From Candidatus Nitrospinota bacterium M3_3B_026 (GTDB lineage Bacteria; Nitrospinota_A; UBA7883; JBPRGF01): a DNA stretch of 64,000 bases. Position numbers and translations under genes: made by a program. The DNA lies in assembly GCA_051418015.1 (NCBI GenBank), contig JBPRGF010000014.1, positions 32,001 through 96,000 on the forward strand, in the 5' to 3' direction. Positions 12,260-22,383 of this stretch are shown here, one piece after another; within the stretch, counting starts at the first letter, position 1; every line of letters begins with the position of its first letter. Below the pieces are notes generated by a model. It had not been told where the DNA came from and ran no database searches. It saw nothing but the letters and a program-made list of their open reading frames with translations.

Positions 12260-12964
12260 TCAGAGCATCCCCTCGTCCGCGAAGGAGTAATAGCGGTTGT
12301 CACCAATTATCAGGTGATCCAGCACCCTTATGTCGATCAGCCTGCCCGCCTCCACCAGGCGGCGGGTGATGGTTATGTCGTCCTCGCTCGGCTCCGGGTC
12401 GCCGCTCGGGTGGTTGTGGACGAGTATCACGCTGTGGGCGGACTCGCGCACAGCCTGGTTGAACACCTCCCTGGGATGCGCTATCGCCCCGGAAAGCCCC
12501 CCCTCGCAGATGGTCACGGTTTTCATGAGCCTGTTCCTCGCGTTTAGCAGGGCCACCTTGAAGACTTCTTTTCTCAGGTTCTTCATATCCAGCAGATAAT
12601 AGCCCGCCACGTCCTCGCTTGCCCTGAAGGGCGTCGTCTTGACGCTTCTCGTGGAGGCCGCGAACCTGCGGCCCAGCTCAAGCCCAGCCTTGACGCTTAT
12701 CGCCTTGGCCTCGCCTATGCCGCGGATTTCGCAAAGCTCCTCCACGGAGGCCGCCTCCACTCCCTCCAGCGTCTCGAATTTTTTCAGAAGGTCGCGCGCG
12801 AGGTCCAGGGCGTTCTTCTCCCCCGACCCGGAGCCTATGAGGATAGCCAGCAGCTCGGAGTCGGAAAGATAAGCCGTACCCTGCCTGGAGAGCTTTTCCC
12901 GGGGCCGGTCACTTTCCGGCCACTCTCTTATCGCCTCGTAGAGCCTTCTTCGTTTCCGCGTCAT
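12260..12964 (-). CDS. radC: RadC (JAB/MPN domain) family protein
   Basis: [29 protein letters not shown] and VLDHLIIG motifs. Confidence 0.93.
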   Translation of the reverse strand: MTRKRRRLYEAIREWPESDRPREKLSRQGTAYLSDSELLAILIGSGSGEKNALDLARDLLKKFETLEGVEAASVEELCEIRGIGEAKAISVKAGLELGRRFAASTRSVKTTPFRASEDVAGYYLLDMKNLRKEVFKVALLNARNRLMKTVTICEGGLSGAIAHPREVFNQAVRESAHSVILVHNHPSGDPEPSEDDITITRRLVEAGRLIDIRVLDHLIIGDNRYYSFADEGML

Positions 12965-13925
12965 CAGTGGAGTTTTTCCCTTCGCCCGGGCCGAGCTCGG
13001 CCGTGTAGTATTCGATGGTTTTCAGGAGCCCGTCCTTCAAGCTGACCTTCGGCTCCCACCGCAGAAGCTCCCTGGCGCGGGATATGTCCGGCCGGCGGCG
13101 GGCCGGGTCGTCCTGCGGCAGGGGTTTGAAGACCACCCTGCTCCCGGAGCCGGTCTTCTCGATTATGATCTTCGCAAGCTCCAGTATGGTCATCTCCTCG
13201 TCGTTGCCGAGGTTGACAGGGTTTGCCGCGCCGGAGCGAAGGAGCTCCATGAGTCCGTCCACAAGGTCAGTTATATAGCAAAAGGAGCGTGTCTGGGATC
13301 CATCGCCGTAGACTGTGATATCCTCCCCCCGCAGCGCCTGGCAGATGAAGTTCGTCACCGCCCGCCCGTCCTCCACTCTCATCCTGGGGCCAAACGTGTT
13401 GAATATCCTGGCGATCCTGACGTCGAGGCCGTGGACGCGGCGGTAGGCCACCGTGGCGGCCTCGGCGTATCTTTTCGCCTCGTCGTAGCAGGACCTGGGG
13501 CCTACGGGGTTGACCTTGCCCCAGTAGCCCTCCCTCTGGGGGTGGACCTCCGGGTCGCCGTAGACCTCCGAGGTGCTCGCCAGCAGGAAGGCCGCCCCGT
13601 CCCGCAGCGCAAGGTCGAGGGCGGCGTGGGTACCCGCCGAGCCGACCAGCAGCGTCTCTATGGGCATTTTGCCGTAATCGACGGGCGAGGCGGGGGAGGC
13701 GAGGTTCAGGACGTAATCGAAAGGTCCCTCGATGTCCGAAAGCCCCCGGGTGATGTCCCGCTCGATGAGGGTGAAGCGCGGGTTTTCTTCGAGACTTTCT
13801 ATGTTCTTCATCGCGCCGGTGGAGAAGTCGTCCACGCAGACCACCTCCGCGTCCTCCCCAAGGAGCCTCTCGCAAAGCCATGAGCCTATAAAGCCGGCCC
13901 CGCCCGTCACCAGATATCGCGGCAT
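12909..13925 (-). CDS. UDP-glucuronate decarboxylase family SDR
   Basis: [30 protein letters not shown] and QDDP motifs. Confidence 0.9.
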   Translation of the reverse strand: MPRYLVTGGAGFIGSWLCERLLGEDAEVVCVDDFSTGAMKNIESLEENPRFTLIERDITRGLSDIEGPFDYVLNLASPASPVDYGKMPIETLLVGSAGTHAALDLALRDGAAFLLASTSEVYGDPEVHPQREGYWGKVNPVGPRSCYDEAKRYAEAATVAYRRVHGLDVRIARIFNTFGPRMRVEDGRAVTNFICQALRGEDITVYGDGSQTRSFCYITDLVDGLMELLRSGAANPVNLGNDEEMTILELAKIIIEKTGSGSRVVFKPLPQDDPARRRPDISRARELLRWEPKVSLKDGLLKTIEYYTAELGPGEGKNSTDDAETKKALRGDKRVAGK

Positions 13926-13939
13926 CAGCTAACCATCCT

Positions 13940-15232
13940 CTATGGGCGGCCTATGCTGTAGTACTCGAACCCGAGGGCGCGTTTGCGCTCCGGCTCGTAC
14001 ATGTTGCGGCCGTCGAAGATCACCGGCGTTTTCATCAGCGCCCTGATTCTTTCCATGTCGAGCAGCTTGAACTCGCGCCACTCGGTGACGAAAACGAGGG
14101 CGTCCGCCCCTTCCGCGGCATCGTAGGGGGTCTCGCAATAGGTCACGTCCGGCGCGAGCCTTCTCGCGTTCTCCGTGGCCACGGGGTCATAGGCCTTGAT
14201 CCTGCCGCCGCGCTCGGCCAGGAGCCTCATTATCTCCAGCGACTTGGCATCACGCATGTCGTCGGTGTCCGGCTTGAACGCAAGCCCCAGCACGCCGAAG
14301 GTGTGGTTGTCCGTCTCCGGGAACCGCTCGAATATCCTGTTCACGAACCGTGGGACGCGGGACTCGTTCACGCTCATGACCTCCCGGAGCAGGCCGAAGG
14401 GCGCGCCGGTCTGGTCCGACGTGTGGAGCAGGGAGCTTACGTCCTTGGGAAAGCATGAGCCGCCGTATCCCAGCCCCGCGTTCAGAAAATCCCTGCCGAT
14501 GCGCTTGTCCGACCCCATCCCCCTGGCCACATCGACGATGTTCGCTCCCACCCTTTCGCAGATGTCGGCCACGGCGTTGATGAAGGATATCTTGGCGGCG
14601 AGAAAGGAGTTCGATGCGTATTTTATAAGCTCCGCGGACTGCACGTCGGTGACGATCATCGGAGCCCCGAGCATGGCGTAAAGCTCCAGGAGCCTCATGG
14701 CGACGTGCTTGGTCGGCGCGCCTATCACTATCCGGTCCGGGTTCAGCGCGTCGGCGATGGCCTGGCCCTCCCGCAGAAACTCCGGGTTCGACACGACGTC
14801 GAAATCGGCGTCCGAGGTCTTGGTCTCTTTTATGGTCTCGCGGACGAGGTCGCCAGTGCCGACGGGGACGGTGCTCTTGTTCACTATCACCTTGTAGCCG
14901 TTCAGGTTCTCGCCTATCACCCTGGCCGCGCTCTTTACGTAGGAAAGGTCTGTCTCGCCGTTGTTCAGGGAGGGTGTGCCGACGCATATGAAGACGATCT
15001 CCGCGGCTTCCACCGCCGCGCCGACCTCAGTGGAGAAGGATATCCTCTCCTCGTTCATGTTGCGCCTGACCATCTCCTCGAGGCCGGGCTCGTAGATCGG
15101 CATCACCTTCCTGTTAAGCGACGCGATCTTCTCCCCGTTCACGTCGACGCAGGCCACCTCGTTGCCCATATCGGCGAAGACAGCCGCGGTGACGAGGCCG
15201 ACATAGCCTGAGCCTATGACACAGATACGCAT
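13940..15232 (-). CDS. ugd: UDP-glucose 6-dehydrogenase
   Basis: IGSGYVG, KSTVPVGT, SNPEFLREG and GYGGSCFPKD motifs. Confidence 0.95.
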   Translation of the reverse strand: MRICVIGSGYVGLVTAAVFADMGNEVACVDVNGEKIASLNRKVMPIYEPGLEEMVRRNMNEERISFSTEVGAAVEAAEIVFICVGTPSLNNGETDLSYVKSAARVIGENLNGYKVIVNKSTVPVGTGDLVRETIKETKTSDADFDVVSNPEFLREGQAIADALNPDRIVIGAPTKHVAMRLLELYAMLGAPMIVTDVQSAELIKYASNSFLAAKISFINAVADICERVGANIVDVARGMGSDKRIGRDFLNAGLGYGGSCFPKDVSSLLHTSDQTGAPFGLLREVMSVNESRVPRFVNRIFERFPETDNHTFGVLGLAFKPDTDDMRDAKSLEIMRLLAERGGRIKAYDPVATENARRLAPDVTYCETPYDAAEGADALVFVTEWREFKLLDMERIRALMKTPVIFDGRNMYEPERKRALGFEYYSIGRP

Positions 15233-15401
15233 AATCCAAAAAATCCTCGGACCGCCATGGACGCCGGGCCGGTGCCCGCGGCGCCACGGAGCGCGTCCCG
15301 AATCCCTATCGAACAGGATATCGAAATGGTAAATTGGTAATTATAGCCCAATGGGCGTGAAATACTAGGATTATCACGCCTTCCGCCTGCCACGGCCCGC
15401 T

Positions 15402-15980
15402 CTACGCTCCGCCCCATCTTTCGAACAGGTCATGCTCGACGCCGAGTTGGTCCAGGACCTTGCCGACGGTGTGGTTCACTATGTCGTCCACGCTTTTCGG
15501 GTGGTGATAGAAGGCCGGGACCGGCGGAGTGATCACCGCTCCCAGGCCGGCGGCCCTGGCCATCAGCTCAAGGTGCCCCCTGCTCAAGGGGGTTTCGCGG
15601 GGGACGAGGACGAGCTTGCGCCCCTCCTTCAAGGTGACGTCCGCCGCCCGCGCCAAAAGGTCGCCCCCGCGGCAGTTGGCGATGTCGGAGAGGGCGCGCA
15701 TGGAGCAGGGGGCGACGACCATTCCCCGTGTCTTGTACGACCCGCTGGAGACCGGCGCGGCCGGGTCGGCGTTGTCCTCCACGGCGTCGGCCAGTCCCGC
15801 GATGTCGGAGAGCCCGAGGCCGGTCTCGATCCTGAGTGTCTTCTCACCCGCGGCGGTGACGATCAGGCGCAGGCTCAAGCCGGGGGCGTACTTGCGGAGG
15901 CTTTCGAGAAGACGGAGGCCGTAGACGGCGCCCGAGGCCCCGGTTATCCCGACTACCAGCCTCCCCTTTTCCGGCGCCAA
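15402..15980 (-). CDS. ubiX: Flavin prenyltransferase
   Basis: GITGASG, SSGS, APCSM, RAADV, RETP and PAFY motifs. Confidence 0.93.
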   Translation of the reverse strand: MAPEKGRLVVGITGASGAVYGLRLLESLRKYAPGLSLRLIVTAAGEKTLRIETGLGLSDIAGLADAVEDNADPAAPVSSGSYKTRGMVVAPCSMRALSDIANCRGGDLLARAADVTLKEGRKLVLVPRETPLSRGHLELMARAAGLGAVITPPVPAFYHHPKSVDDIVNHTVGKVLDQLGVEHDLFERWGGA

Positions 15981-15983
15981 GAA

Positions 15984-17003
15984 TCAGTCGCCCCGCATCA
16001 AGCCGCCGAGGCCGCCCATGGCGTCGAGCAGGGAGCCTTCGCCCTTGCCCCCGCCGCCCGTGGCCGTGGGCCTGGCCTGGTGGACCCTGCCCGCAAGGCG
16101 TGAGAAAGGCAGCGACTGCAGCCACACCCGGCCCGGCCCGCGGAGCGTCGCGTAAAAGAACCCCTCGCCGCCGAATATGGCGGACTTTATCTCGCCCACG
16201 AACTCTATGTCATAGTCCACCGACGGCTCGAGGGCCACCAGGCAGCCCGTGTCCACCCGGAGCATCTCGCCGGGCTCAAGCGTTTTGTTGAAGATGGTCC
16301 CCCCGGCGTGGACGAAGGCCATCCCGTCGCCCTCCAGCTTCTGCATGATGAAGCCTTCGCCGCCGAACAGGCCCACGCCTATCTTCTTCTGAAAATGTAT
16401 CCCGATGGACACCCCCTTGGCCGCCGCCAGGAAGGCGTCCTTCTGGCAGATGATCTGTCCCCCCATCTCCTCCAGGTCCATGGGGATTATCTTGCCCGGA
16501 TAGGGCGAGGCAAAGGCCACGTGCTCCTTGCCGGAGCCGCCCGTGTGGGTGAAGACGGTGATGAAAAGCGACTCGCCGGTGATGAGCCTCTTGCCCGCGC
16601 CCACCAGCTTGTCCATGAACCCGCCCGACTCGCTCTTGCCGCTGCCGTCGCCGAAGACAGTGCTCATCTTGACGCTGGGCGACATGTACATCATCGAGCC
16701 CGCCTCGGCCACGGCGCTTTCGCCGGGGTCAAGCTCGATCTCGACGTACTGCATCTCCTCACCCTCTATCTTATAGTCGATCTCGTGGGCCTCCTGGCCG
16801 CTGGGAGGCGCGGGGGGAGGAGGAGGCGCGGCTCCTGCCTCGCCGAACTTCGGCAGGTGCTTGAGCTTCATCCAGTTCATCATCCCGGGCCCGTACAGCA
16901 AGGTGTCGCCGTCGATCTGACCCCGCGACAGCATGTTTTGTATCTCGCTCTCGGAGACGGGGCCTTTGCTTTCGGATCCCGTCGCGTAATACCAGTCGGA
17001 CAT
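15984..17003 (-). CDS. AIM24/TIGR00266-family protein with an N-terminal GYF_2-like domain
   Basis: WYY...GPVS...DTLLYGPGMMNW, Pro-rich linker, AEAGSM, GESLF, FGGEGF and WLQSLP motifs. Confidence 0.85.
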   Translation of the reverse strand: MSDWYYATGSESKGPVSESEIQNMLSRGQIDGDTLLYGPGMMNWMKLKHLPKFGEAGAAPPPPPAPPSGQEAHEIDYKIEGEEMQYVEIELDPGESAVAEAGSMMYMSPSVKMSTVFGDGSGKSESGGFMDKLVGAGKRLITGESLFITVFTHTGGSGKEHVAFASPYPGKIIPMDLEEMGGQIICQKDAFLAAAKGVSIGIHFQKKIGVGLFGGEGFIMQKLEGDGMAFVHAGGTIFNKTLEPGEMLRVDTGCLVALEPSVDYDIEFVGEIKSAIFGGEGFFYATLRGPGRVWLQSLPFSRLAGRVHQARPTATGGGGKGEGSLLDAMGGLGGLMRGD

Positions 17004-17219
17004 CGGCAAACCTCCATGCAGAACTATTTTTCTGGCGCCGCCTTTGATTGTAAACGAAACCCGGCGCGCGGGGACTTTTTCAATCCCACCAGATTTTATA
17101 CCCGGCGCCAAACCCCCGCAAGGCGAGCCGTCGGACATGGTGGTTTTTCAGTGGCCGCCGGGCGTAGCAGAGTGGTAAAATCAACGATATTCCAGGGGGA
17201 TAACAGGCGGGCGGAGGCC

Positions 17220-17534
17220 ATGGAGGAAAGGCGGAGGCATCCAAGGAGGGAGGAAGGCGCTGGCGCTGTCATGCGGGCGGCTCTTCACTACGGCGACGAC
17301 TACCGCGAGATCGAGGCGGAGCTTGTCAACTATTCCGAGGGAGGCGCCCAGCTTGTCACCACCGACAACGGCGTCCGCTCCGGTATGCTCGTGGTCATGA
17401 AATCCTTCGACGGTACGGGGCCTTTCAGCGAAAACGTCGAGGGGAAGGTCGTGTGGGTCGCGAACAAGGACGGAAAGACGGGATTCGGGCTCGAATATTT
17501 CGCCCCACTGGTCAACATCCCCCCCTTTTTTTAA
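17220..17534 (+). CDS. PilZ-domain protein
   Basis: RRHPR and NYSEGG c-di-GMP motifs; GGAGG RBS. Confidence 0.85.
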   Translation: MEERRRHPRREEGAGAVMRAALHYGDDYREIEAELVNYSEGGAQLVTTDNGVRSGMLVVMKSFDGTGPFSENVEGKVVWVANKDGKTGFGLEYFAPLVNIPPFF

Positions 17535-17661
17535 AGGCGAAAAACGCCGGAAGGTAGTATATTAAATCTGGCGTGTGGTATAATTTTCATGTCAAAAACA
17601 GTCCGGAGGACCATCAACCAACTTGCGGGCTGACGCTATGGCCACAGGGGGCATGAGGGCG

Positions 17662-17982
17662 ATGCCGATAGAGGAAAAGCGCCGTTACCGCCGTATCCTT
17701 TTGAAAAACGGCCGTTCCGTGCAAATCCTGTTCGAATATGATCCGGACAAGAAGTATACCCCCGCCAACGTGGTGGATCAATCCGAGGGCGGGGCGCAGT
17801 TCCTCGCCGGGCGGGGCGAGGTAAGGGAGGGCGCCTTCGCCATAATAAAAGCCGCTTCCGGGTGGCCTTTGCCGGAAAAAAGGGCCACCGCCAGGGTGGT
17901 GTGGGCGGACAGGGACGGAGAGAAGACGCGGTTCGGCTGTGAGTATCTTTCCCCCATGACCGGGGTCCCCAACTTTTTCTAG
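17662..17982 (+). CDS. PilZ-domain protein (paralog of the upstream gene)
   Basis: RRYRR and DQSEGG motifs; ARVVW...FGCEY; start uncertain. Confidence 0.8.
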   Translation: MPIEEKRRYRRILLKNGRSVQILFEYDPDKKYTPANVVDQSEGGAQFLAGRGEVREGAFAIIKAASGWPLPEKRATARVVWADRDGEKTRFGCEYLSPMTGVPNFF

Positions 17983-17999
17983 TTTCCCTGGAGCCCAGG

Positions 18000-19073
18000 C
18001 TACAGGTATTCCTCCAACCCAAGCTCCTTCAGCTTGTCCGTGACGGCCCGGACGTCCTGGGCTCTCTCCTTGTTGAGCACCAGCACGGCGTCATCGGTTT
18101 CCACGACGATGACGTCGTCCACGCCGACGACGGCCACGATTTTCTTCTCGTTGTGGGCGAGGACGCCCGTGGAGTCCACGGCGATGAGCCTGCCGCGCTT
18201 GCGGTTGCCCTCCTCGTCGGGGCTCAGCAGGTCGTAAAGCGAGCGCCAGGAGCCGACGTCGCTCCAGCCGGGGTCCGCTTCGGCGACTATGACCTCGCCC
18301 CGCTCCCCGGCCTTTTCCATGACTCCGTAGTCGATGGATATGGACGGCAGGGAGGGGTAGACCTCGCCGAGGGCCTTTTCGAAACCTTCCGTCCAGGCCG
18401 CTTCCCGGAGCGGCCCCATCGCGTCCACCAGCTCCGGCAGGTCCCGCTCCAGCGCGTTCAGTATCGCGTCGGCCCTCCAGAAAAACATCCCGGAGTTCCA
18501 GAAGTGTTCCCCGGAGTCGGCATAGTGCCGGGCGGTCTCGAGGCCGGGCTTTTCCAGGAATTTTTCAACCTTGTAGACGTATCGCGTCATGGGCTCGCCC
18601 CGGTGGATGTATCCGTAGCCGGTCTCCGGGTAGGCGGGTTTTATGCCTATGGCGCCAAGGCTTTCAGGCTTTTCCCCTATCACCGCCAGCAGGTCGTTCA
18701 CGGCTTTGTGGAACTTGTCCGGCCTGGTTATGACGTGGTCGGCGGGGAAGACGGCCATGACGCCCTCCGGGTCGCGTTTTTTCACCATCATCGCCGCGAG
18801 CGCCACGCACGCCGCGGTGTTCCTGCCCGCCGGCTCGGCCACGATGTTTTCTCCGGGGATGTCCGGGAGCTGTTTTCGGACCTCGTCCGCGTGGACGGCG
18901 CCGGTTATGACCAGTGTCCTTTCGGGGGGTGCGATCTTCTCCAGCCTATTCGCGGTGTCCTGGATCATGGTCTTCTCGCCGATAATCCGCAGAAGCTGTT
19001 TCGGCATCCGCCGCCTCGAAAGGGGCCAGAACCTTGTCCCGCTGCCTCCCGCCATTATCACGTTGTAAATCAT
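18000..19073 (-). CDS. manC: Mannose-1-phosphate guanylyltransferase
   Basis: IMAGGSGTRFWPLSR, EPAGRNTA, ETGYGYI, FLEKP, SIDYGVME and WSDVGSW motifs. Confidence 0.92.
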   Translation of the reverse strand: MIYNVIMAGGSGTRFWPLSRRRMPKQLLRIIGEKTMIQDTANRLEKIAPPERTLVITGAVHADEVRKQLPDIPGENIVAEPAGRNTAACVALAAMMVKKRDPEGVMAVFPADHVITRPDKFHKAVNDLLAVIGEKPESLGAIGIKPAYPETGYGYIHRGEPMTRYVYKVEKFLEKPGLETARHYADSGEHFWNSGMFFWRADAILNALERDLPELVDAMGPLREAAWTEGFEKALGEVYPSLPSISIDYGVMEKAGERGEVIVAEADPGWSDVGSWRSLYDLLSPDEEGNRKRGRLIAVDSTGVLAHNEKKIVAVVGVDDVIVVETDDAVLVLNKERAQDVRAVTDKLKELGLEEYL

Positions 19074-19089
19074 GCCGTCCTTTCTCTTC

Positions 19090-19911
19090 TCAGCCAACGA
19101 AGGCGAGCGTGAGGGCGCCCGCCGCGAAACAATAATACGAAAACCAGGAGAATTTTCCCCGCTTCAGCAGCGCCACCAGCAACGCAAGACAAATGTACCC
19201 CACCGCCGCCGACGCCAAAAACCCCAGCGCAAGGCTCGATGGCGGGACGCCGCCGCCGTCCGGCTCGAACCCGAGGGCCATGGCGCCTATTATGGACGGG
19301 GCGGAAAGCAGAAAGGAAAACCTCGCCGCGTCCTCCTTCTCGACGCCGAGAAACAGCGCCGCGCTGATCGTCGCGCCGGACCTGCTTATCCCCGGCGTGA
19401 TGGCCAGCCCCTGCGCCACGCCGATTATAACAGCCTCGGCCCAACCGACCCGCGTGATCGGCCGGCCGCCGCCCGGAGCCCAGCGCGTGAGGAAAAGCAT
19501 GGCCCCCGTGACGATCAGCATCGCCCCGGCCAGCTTCGGCGAGCCGAACATCCGTTCGAAATCGTCTTTGAAGAAGACGCCGACGAGGCCCGTCGGGATT
19601 GTCCCCACGGCTATGAGAGCTCCCAGGCGCAACCCCGGCCTTGCCCGGAGCGTCTTTGCCCAGCCCTCGCCGCCGCGGATGTCCTTCAGCCCTTCCGCCG
19701 CGCCGCGGAACACGGCCGCCACGTCCCCGCGGTAATAATAAAGGAGCGCCGCCAGCGTCCCGAGGTGCAGCGTTATGTCGAAAAAGAGGACCGGCTCGGC
19801 CAGCCCGAAGAGGCTCTGGGCGATGACCAGGTGCCCCGACGAGCTGACTGGCAGGTACTCCGTGAGTCCCTGAGCGGCCCCCAGCAGGGCGGCCGTCAAC
19901 GGGTCCAACAT
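19090..19911 (-). CDS. uppP: Undecaprenyl-diphosphate phosphatase
   Basis: QGLTEYLPVSSSGH and PGISRSG motifs. Confidence 0.95.
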   Translation of the reverse strand: MLDPLTAALLGAAQGLTEYLPVSSSGHLVIAQSLFGLAEPVLFFDITLHLGTLAALLYYYRGDVAAVFRGAAEGLKDIRGGEGWAKTLRARPGLRLGALIAVGTIPTGLVGVFFKDDFERMFGSPKLAGAMLIVTGAMLFLTRWAPGGGRPITRVGWAEAVIIGVAQGLAITPGISRSGATISAALFLGVEKEDAARFSFLLSAPSIIGAMALGFEPDGGGVPPSSLALGFLASAAVGYICLALLVALLKRGKFSWFSYYCFAAGALTLAFVG

Positions 19912-19984
19912 GCTCTCGGCAGGGCCTTTCTCATGCGTCTTTCTTCCACCGGGCGAAGGATGACGATTTCAGGGAAGGAGCAGG

Positions 19985-20050
19985 AAAAAAAGCCTCGATG
20001 ACGGCGTCCGCGCCGTCATGCCGCGCGCCACAGGGCCGCTGTGTCGAGGC
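19985..20050 (-). terminator. Probable terminator after the oxidoreductase operon
   Basis: GCCTCGA/TCGAGGC outer stem with an inner ATGACGGCG/CGCCGTCAT stem, then T7 on the minus strand. Confidence 0.55.
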
Positions 20051-20070
20051 GCGGAGCATGACGAGGGTTT

Positions 20071-22368
20071 TCAGAGCCCCGGGCTCTCGCTCATCGCCTT
20101 GATCCTGGCGAAGCGGCGGTCCACCTCGGCCTGGAACTCGTCGACGATGTCCTTGTAGTCGGGCTTTAGCATGTGCTTCGTCTTGCCCATCGTCTTGAGC
20201 CACTCGGTGACGGGTACCTTCTTGCCCTTGGCCTCGGGGTCGTAGTTGAGGGTGGTGATCCCCTTCTCCACCTCGTAGAGCGGGAAGAAGTTGCAGTCCA
20301 CCGCCGCCTGGCTGACCTCCTGGCCGGTGTTGTCCGGGTGGCGCCAGTTCAGGGGACAGTCCGAGAAGAGCTTGCCGAAGACCAGCCCCTCGTTCCTGGC
20401 GTACCACTGAGCCTTGGCGGCCTTGCGTATGAGGTCCTTGTACATCGACTCAGTGGCGGTGAAGACATACGGGATGTGGCACGCCGCGAAGAGCTGGGCC
20501 GAGTCCTTGTGGCCGAACTGTTTTCCCCTGCCTCTCGTTCCGATGTTCGACGTGGAGGTGACGTGGCCCTTCGGCGTGGTGAAGGAAAGCTGCGCGCCGG
20601 TGTTCATGTATCCCTGGTTGTCGTACTCCAGGATTATCATGTTGTGGTTGCGGAACGCCGCCCCCAGGGCCGGGCCCAGGCCGATGTCCAGCCCCCCGTC
20701 GCCGGTCACCATCACGAAGGTGATCTCCTGGTCGGCGGGTATTTCGCCGCGCCTCTGGCGCTCCTTGTACATCTCCACCACGCCCGCCAGCGTCGCCGCG
20801 CCGTTCTGGAAAAGGTTGTGGATATACGTAATGTTAAAGGATGTGTTCGGGTAGCCGGTGGTGACAACCATCCCGCAGCCGGTGTGCCAGAGCATCACCA
20901 CGTATCCTTCGATGCCTTTCAGGAACGTGCCCACGTTTGGGAATATGCCGCAGCCGGGGCATGCGCCGTGGCCGGCCACTATGCGATGGGGCATCTCCGT
21001 CAGGTCGCGCTGTTTTACCCCCTTGACCTCCACCTTGCCGGTCTTCTCGTCCTTGTAGACTTTCAGGATGCCGGGCGACTGCGCCTCCTTCGAAAGGGGC
21101 GGAAGGCCCGGCTCCGGCTTGAAATCCGGATCGCCCGGGGTGGCGCCGATGTAGTCGTAGGGGATCTCCACCTTCCCCTTTTTCACCGCGTCGAAAGTCA
21201 GCTCGAACATCTCCTCGGCGTCCTCGCCGAAGAAGTCCTTGCCCCCCAGGCCGTATATCCTGCTGATGACCATCGTCCTGTTGTCGGGGTCGTCCTTCAG
21301 GGCGGCCTTGACCTCGTGGCTCATCCGCCCGCCGTGGGCCCCGTAGGAGTCGGCCCTGTCGGCCACGAGCAACGCTTTCACATTTTTGCAGGCGCGCCTT
21401 ATCTGCTCGGCCGGGAAGGGGCGGATGACGGAGGGATACATCACCCCCACCTTTTTGCCCTCGGCGCGGAGCTTGTCGCAGGTCTCCATCGCCGTGTCCG
21501 CGGCGGAGTTCAGGATGAATATGGCCGTCTCGGCGTCCTCCATCCTGTAGGTTTCCAGCATGTTGTACTTCCGCCCCGCGAGCTTCTCCCATTCCTCGAA
21601 GACCTTCGGGATCACGCTTTCGGCGGCGGCCATGGCAAGCGACAGCTGCTTTTTGTTGTTAATCTGGTCCGGGTCGTTCATGTACGGGCCGATGGTGATC
21701 GGCTTTTCCGGATCCACCGAGACGTTCATCGGCTTGAAAGGCCCCACGAAATCCTGAACCGTCTCCCTGCTCTCGAAATACTGGACGCGCCGCTTCTGGT
21801 GCGAGGTGAAAAAACCGTCGTCGGAGACTATCACCGGCAGGCGGACATCCTCGGCCTCGCCTATCTTCACCGCCGCGATTATCATGTCGTAGACCGCCTG
21901 GGGGTCCTTGGCGCACAGAACTATCCAGCCCACGTCCAGAGCGGATATGAGGTCGGAATGATCGCCCCGGATGTCCAACGGGCCGGAGACGGAGCGGTTG
22001 ACGAGGTTGAGCACCATCGGGTAGCGCGTGCCGGACTGGACGGGATACTGCTCCAGGGAGAACAGAAGACCGTTGGCGCTGGTGGCGTTGAACACCCTTC
22101 CGCCGGCCGTCGTGGCGCCGTAGCATGTGCCCGCCGCGCCGTGCTCGCCGTCGCCGGGGATCAGGTGTATGTCATGCTCGCCGTTGGCCCACATGGCGTC
22201 GAGGTTCTCCGCCACCTCGGTGGACGGGGTTATGGGATAGTAGCCCATTATATGGAAGTTCACGTGCGAGGCGGCCATCGCCGACATCTCGTTGCCCGAG
22301 AGAAAATCGGTCATCTGGACTGGCTTTTTAGCCCCTTTCGCCTTTTCAGTCTCTGCCCTGGAGCTCAT
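20071..22368 (-). CDS. 2-oxoacid (pyruvate-like):ferredoxin oxidoreductase, fused alpha-beta subunits
   Basis: SGNE and YPITPS (alpha); GHGACPGCG, TGC, TGDGG and YDNQGYMNTG (TPP/beta). Confidence 0.9.
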   Translation of the reverse strand: MSSRAETEKAKGAKKPVQMTDFLSGNEMSAMAASHVNFHIMGYYPITPSTEVAENLDAMWANGEHDIHLIPGDGEHGAAGTCYGATTAGGRVFNATSANGLLFSLEQYPVQSGTRYPMVLNLVNRSVSGPLDIRGDHSDLISALDVGWIVLCAKDPQAVYDMIIAAVKIGEAEDVRLPVIVSDDGFFTSHQKRRVQYFESRETVQDFVGPFKPMNVSVDPEKPITIGPYMNDPDQINNKKQLSLAMAAAESVIPKVFEEWEKLAGRKYNMLETYRMEDAETAIFILNSAADTAMETCDKLRAEGKKVGVMYPSVIRPFPAEQIRRACKNVKALLVADRADSYGAHGGRMSHEVKAALKDDPDNRTMVISRIYGLGGKDFFGEDAEEMFELTFDAVKKGKVEIPYDYIGATPGDPDFKPEPGLPPLSKEAQSPGILKVYKDEKTGKVEVKGVKQRDLTEMPHRIVAGHGACPGCGIFPNVGTFLKGIEGYVVMLWHTGCGMVVTTGYPNTSFNITYIHNLFQNGAATLAGVVEMYKERQRRGEIPADQEITFVMVTGDGGLDIGLGPALGAAFRNHNMIILEYDNQGYMNTGAQLSFTTPKGHVTSTSNIGTRGRGKQFGHKDSAQLFAACHIPYVFTATESMYKDLIRKAAKAQWYARNEGLVFGKLFSDCPLNWRHPDNTGQEVSQAAVDCNFFPLYEVEKGITTLNYDPEAKGKKVPVTEWLKTMGKTKHMLKPDYKDIVDEFQAEVDRRFARIKAMSESPGL

Positions 22369-22383
22369 CTTGAACGCCTCCCT

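Noticed and set aside
12260..12964. radC as a marker of a mobile element
   Set aside because: It is the full-length chromosomal type, coupled to housekeeping genes, with no integrase, att sites or composition shift
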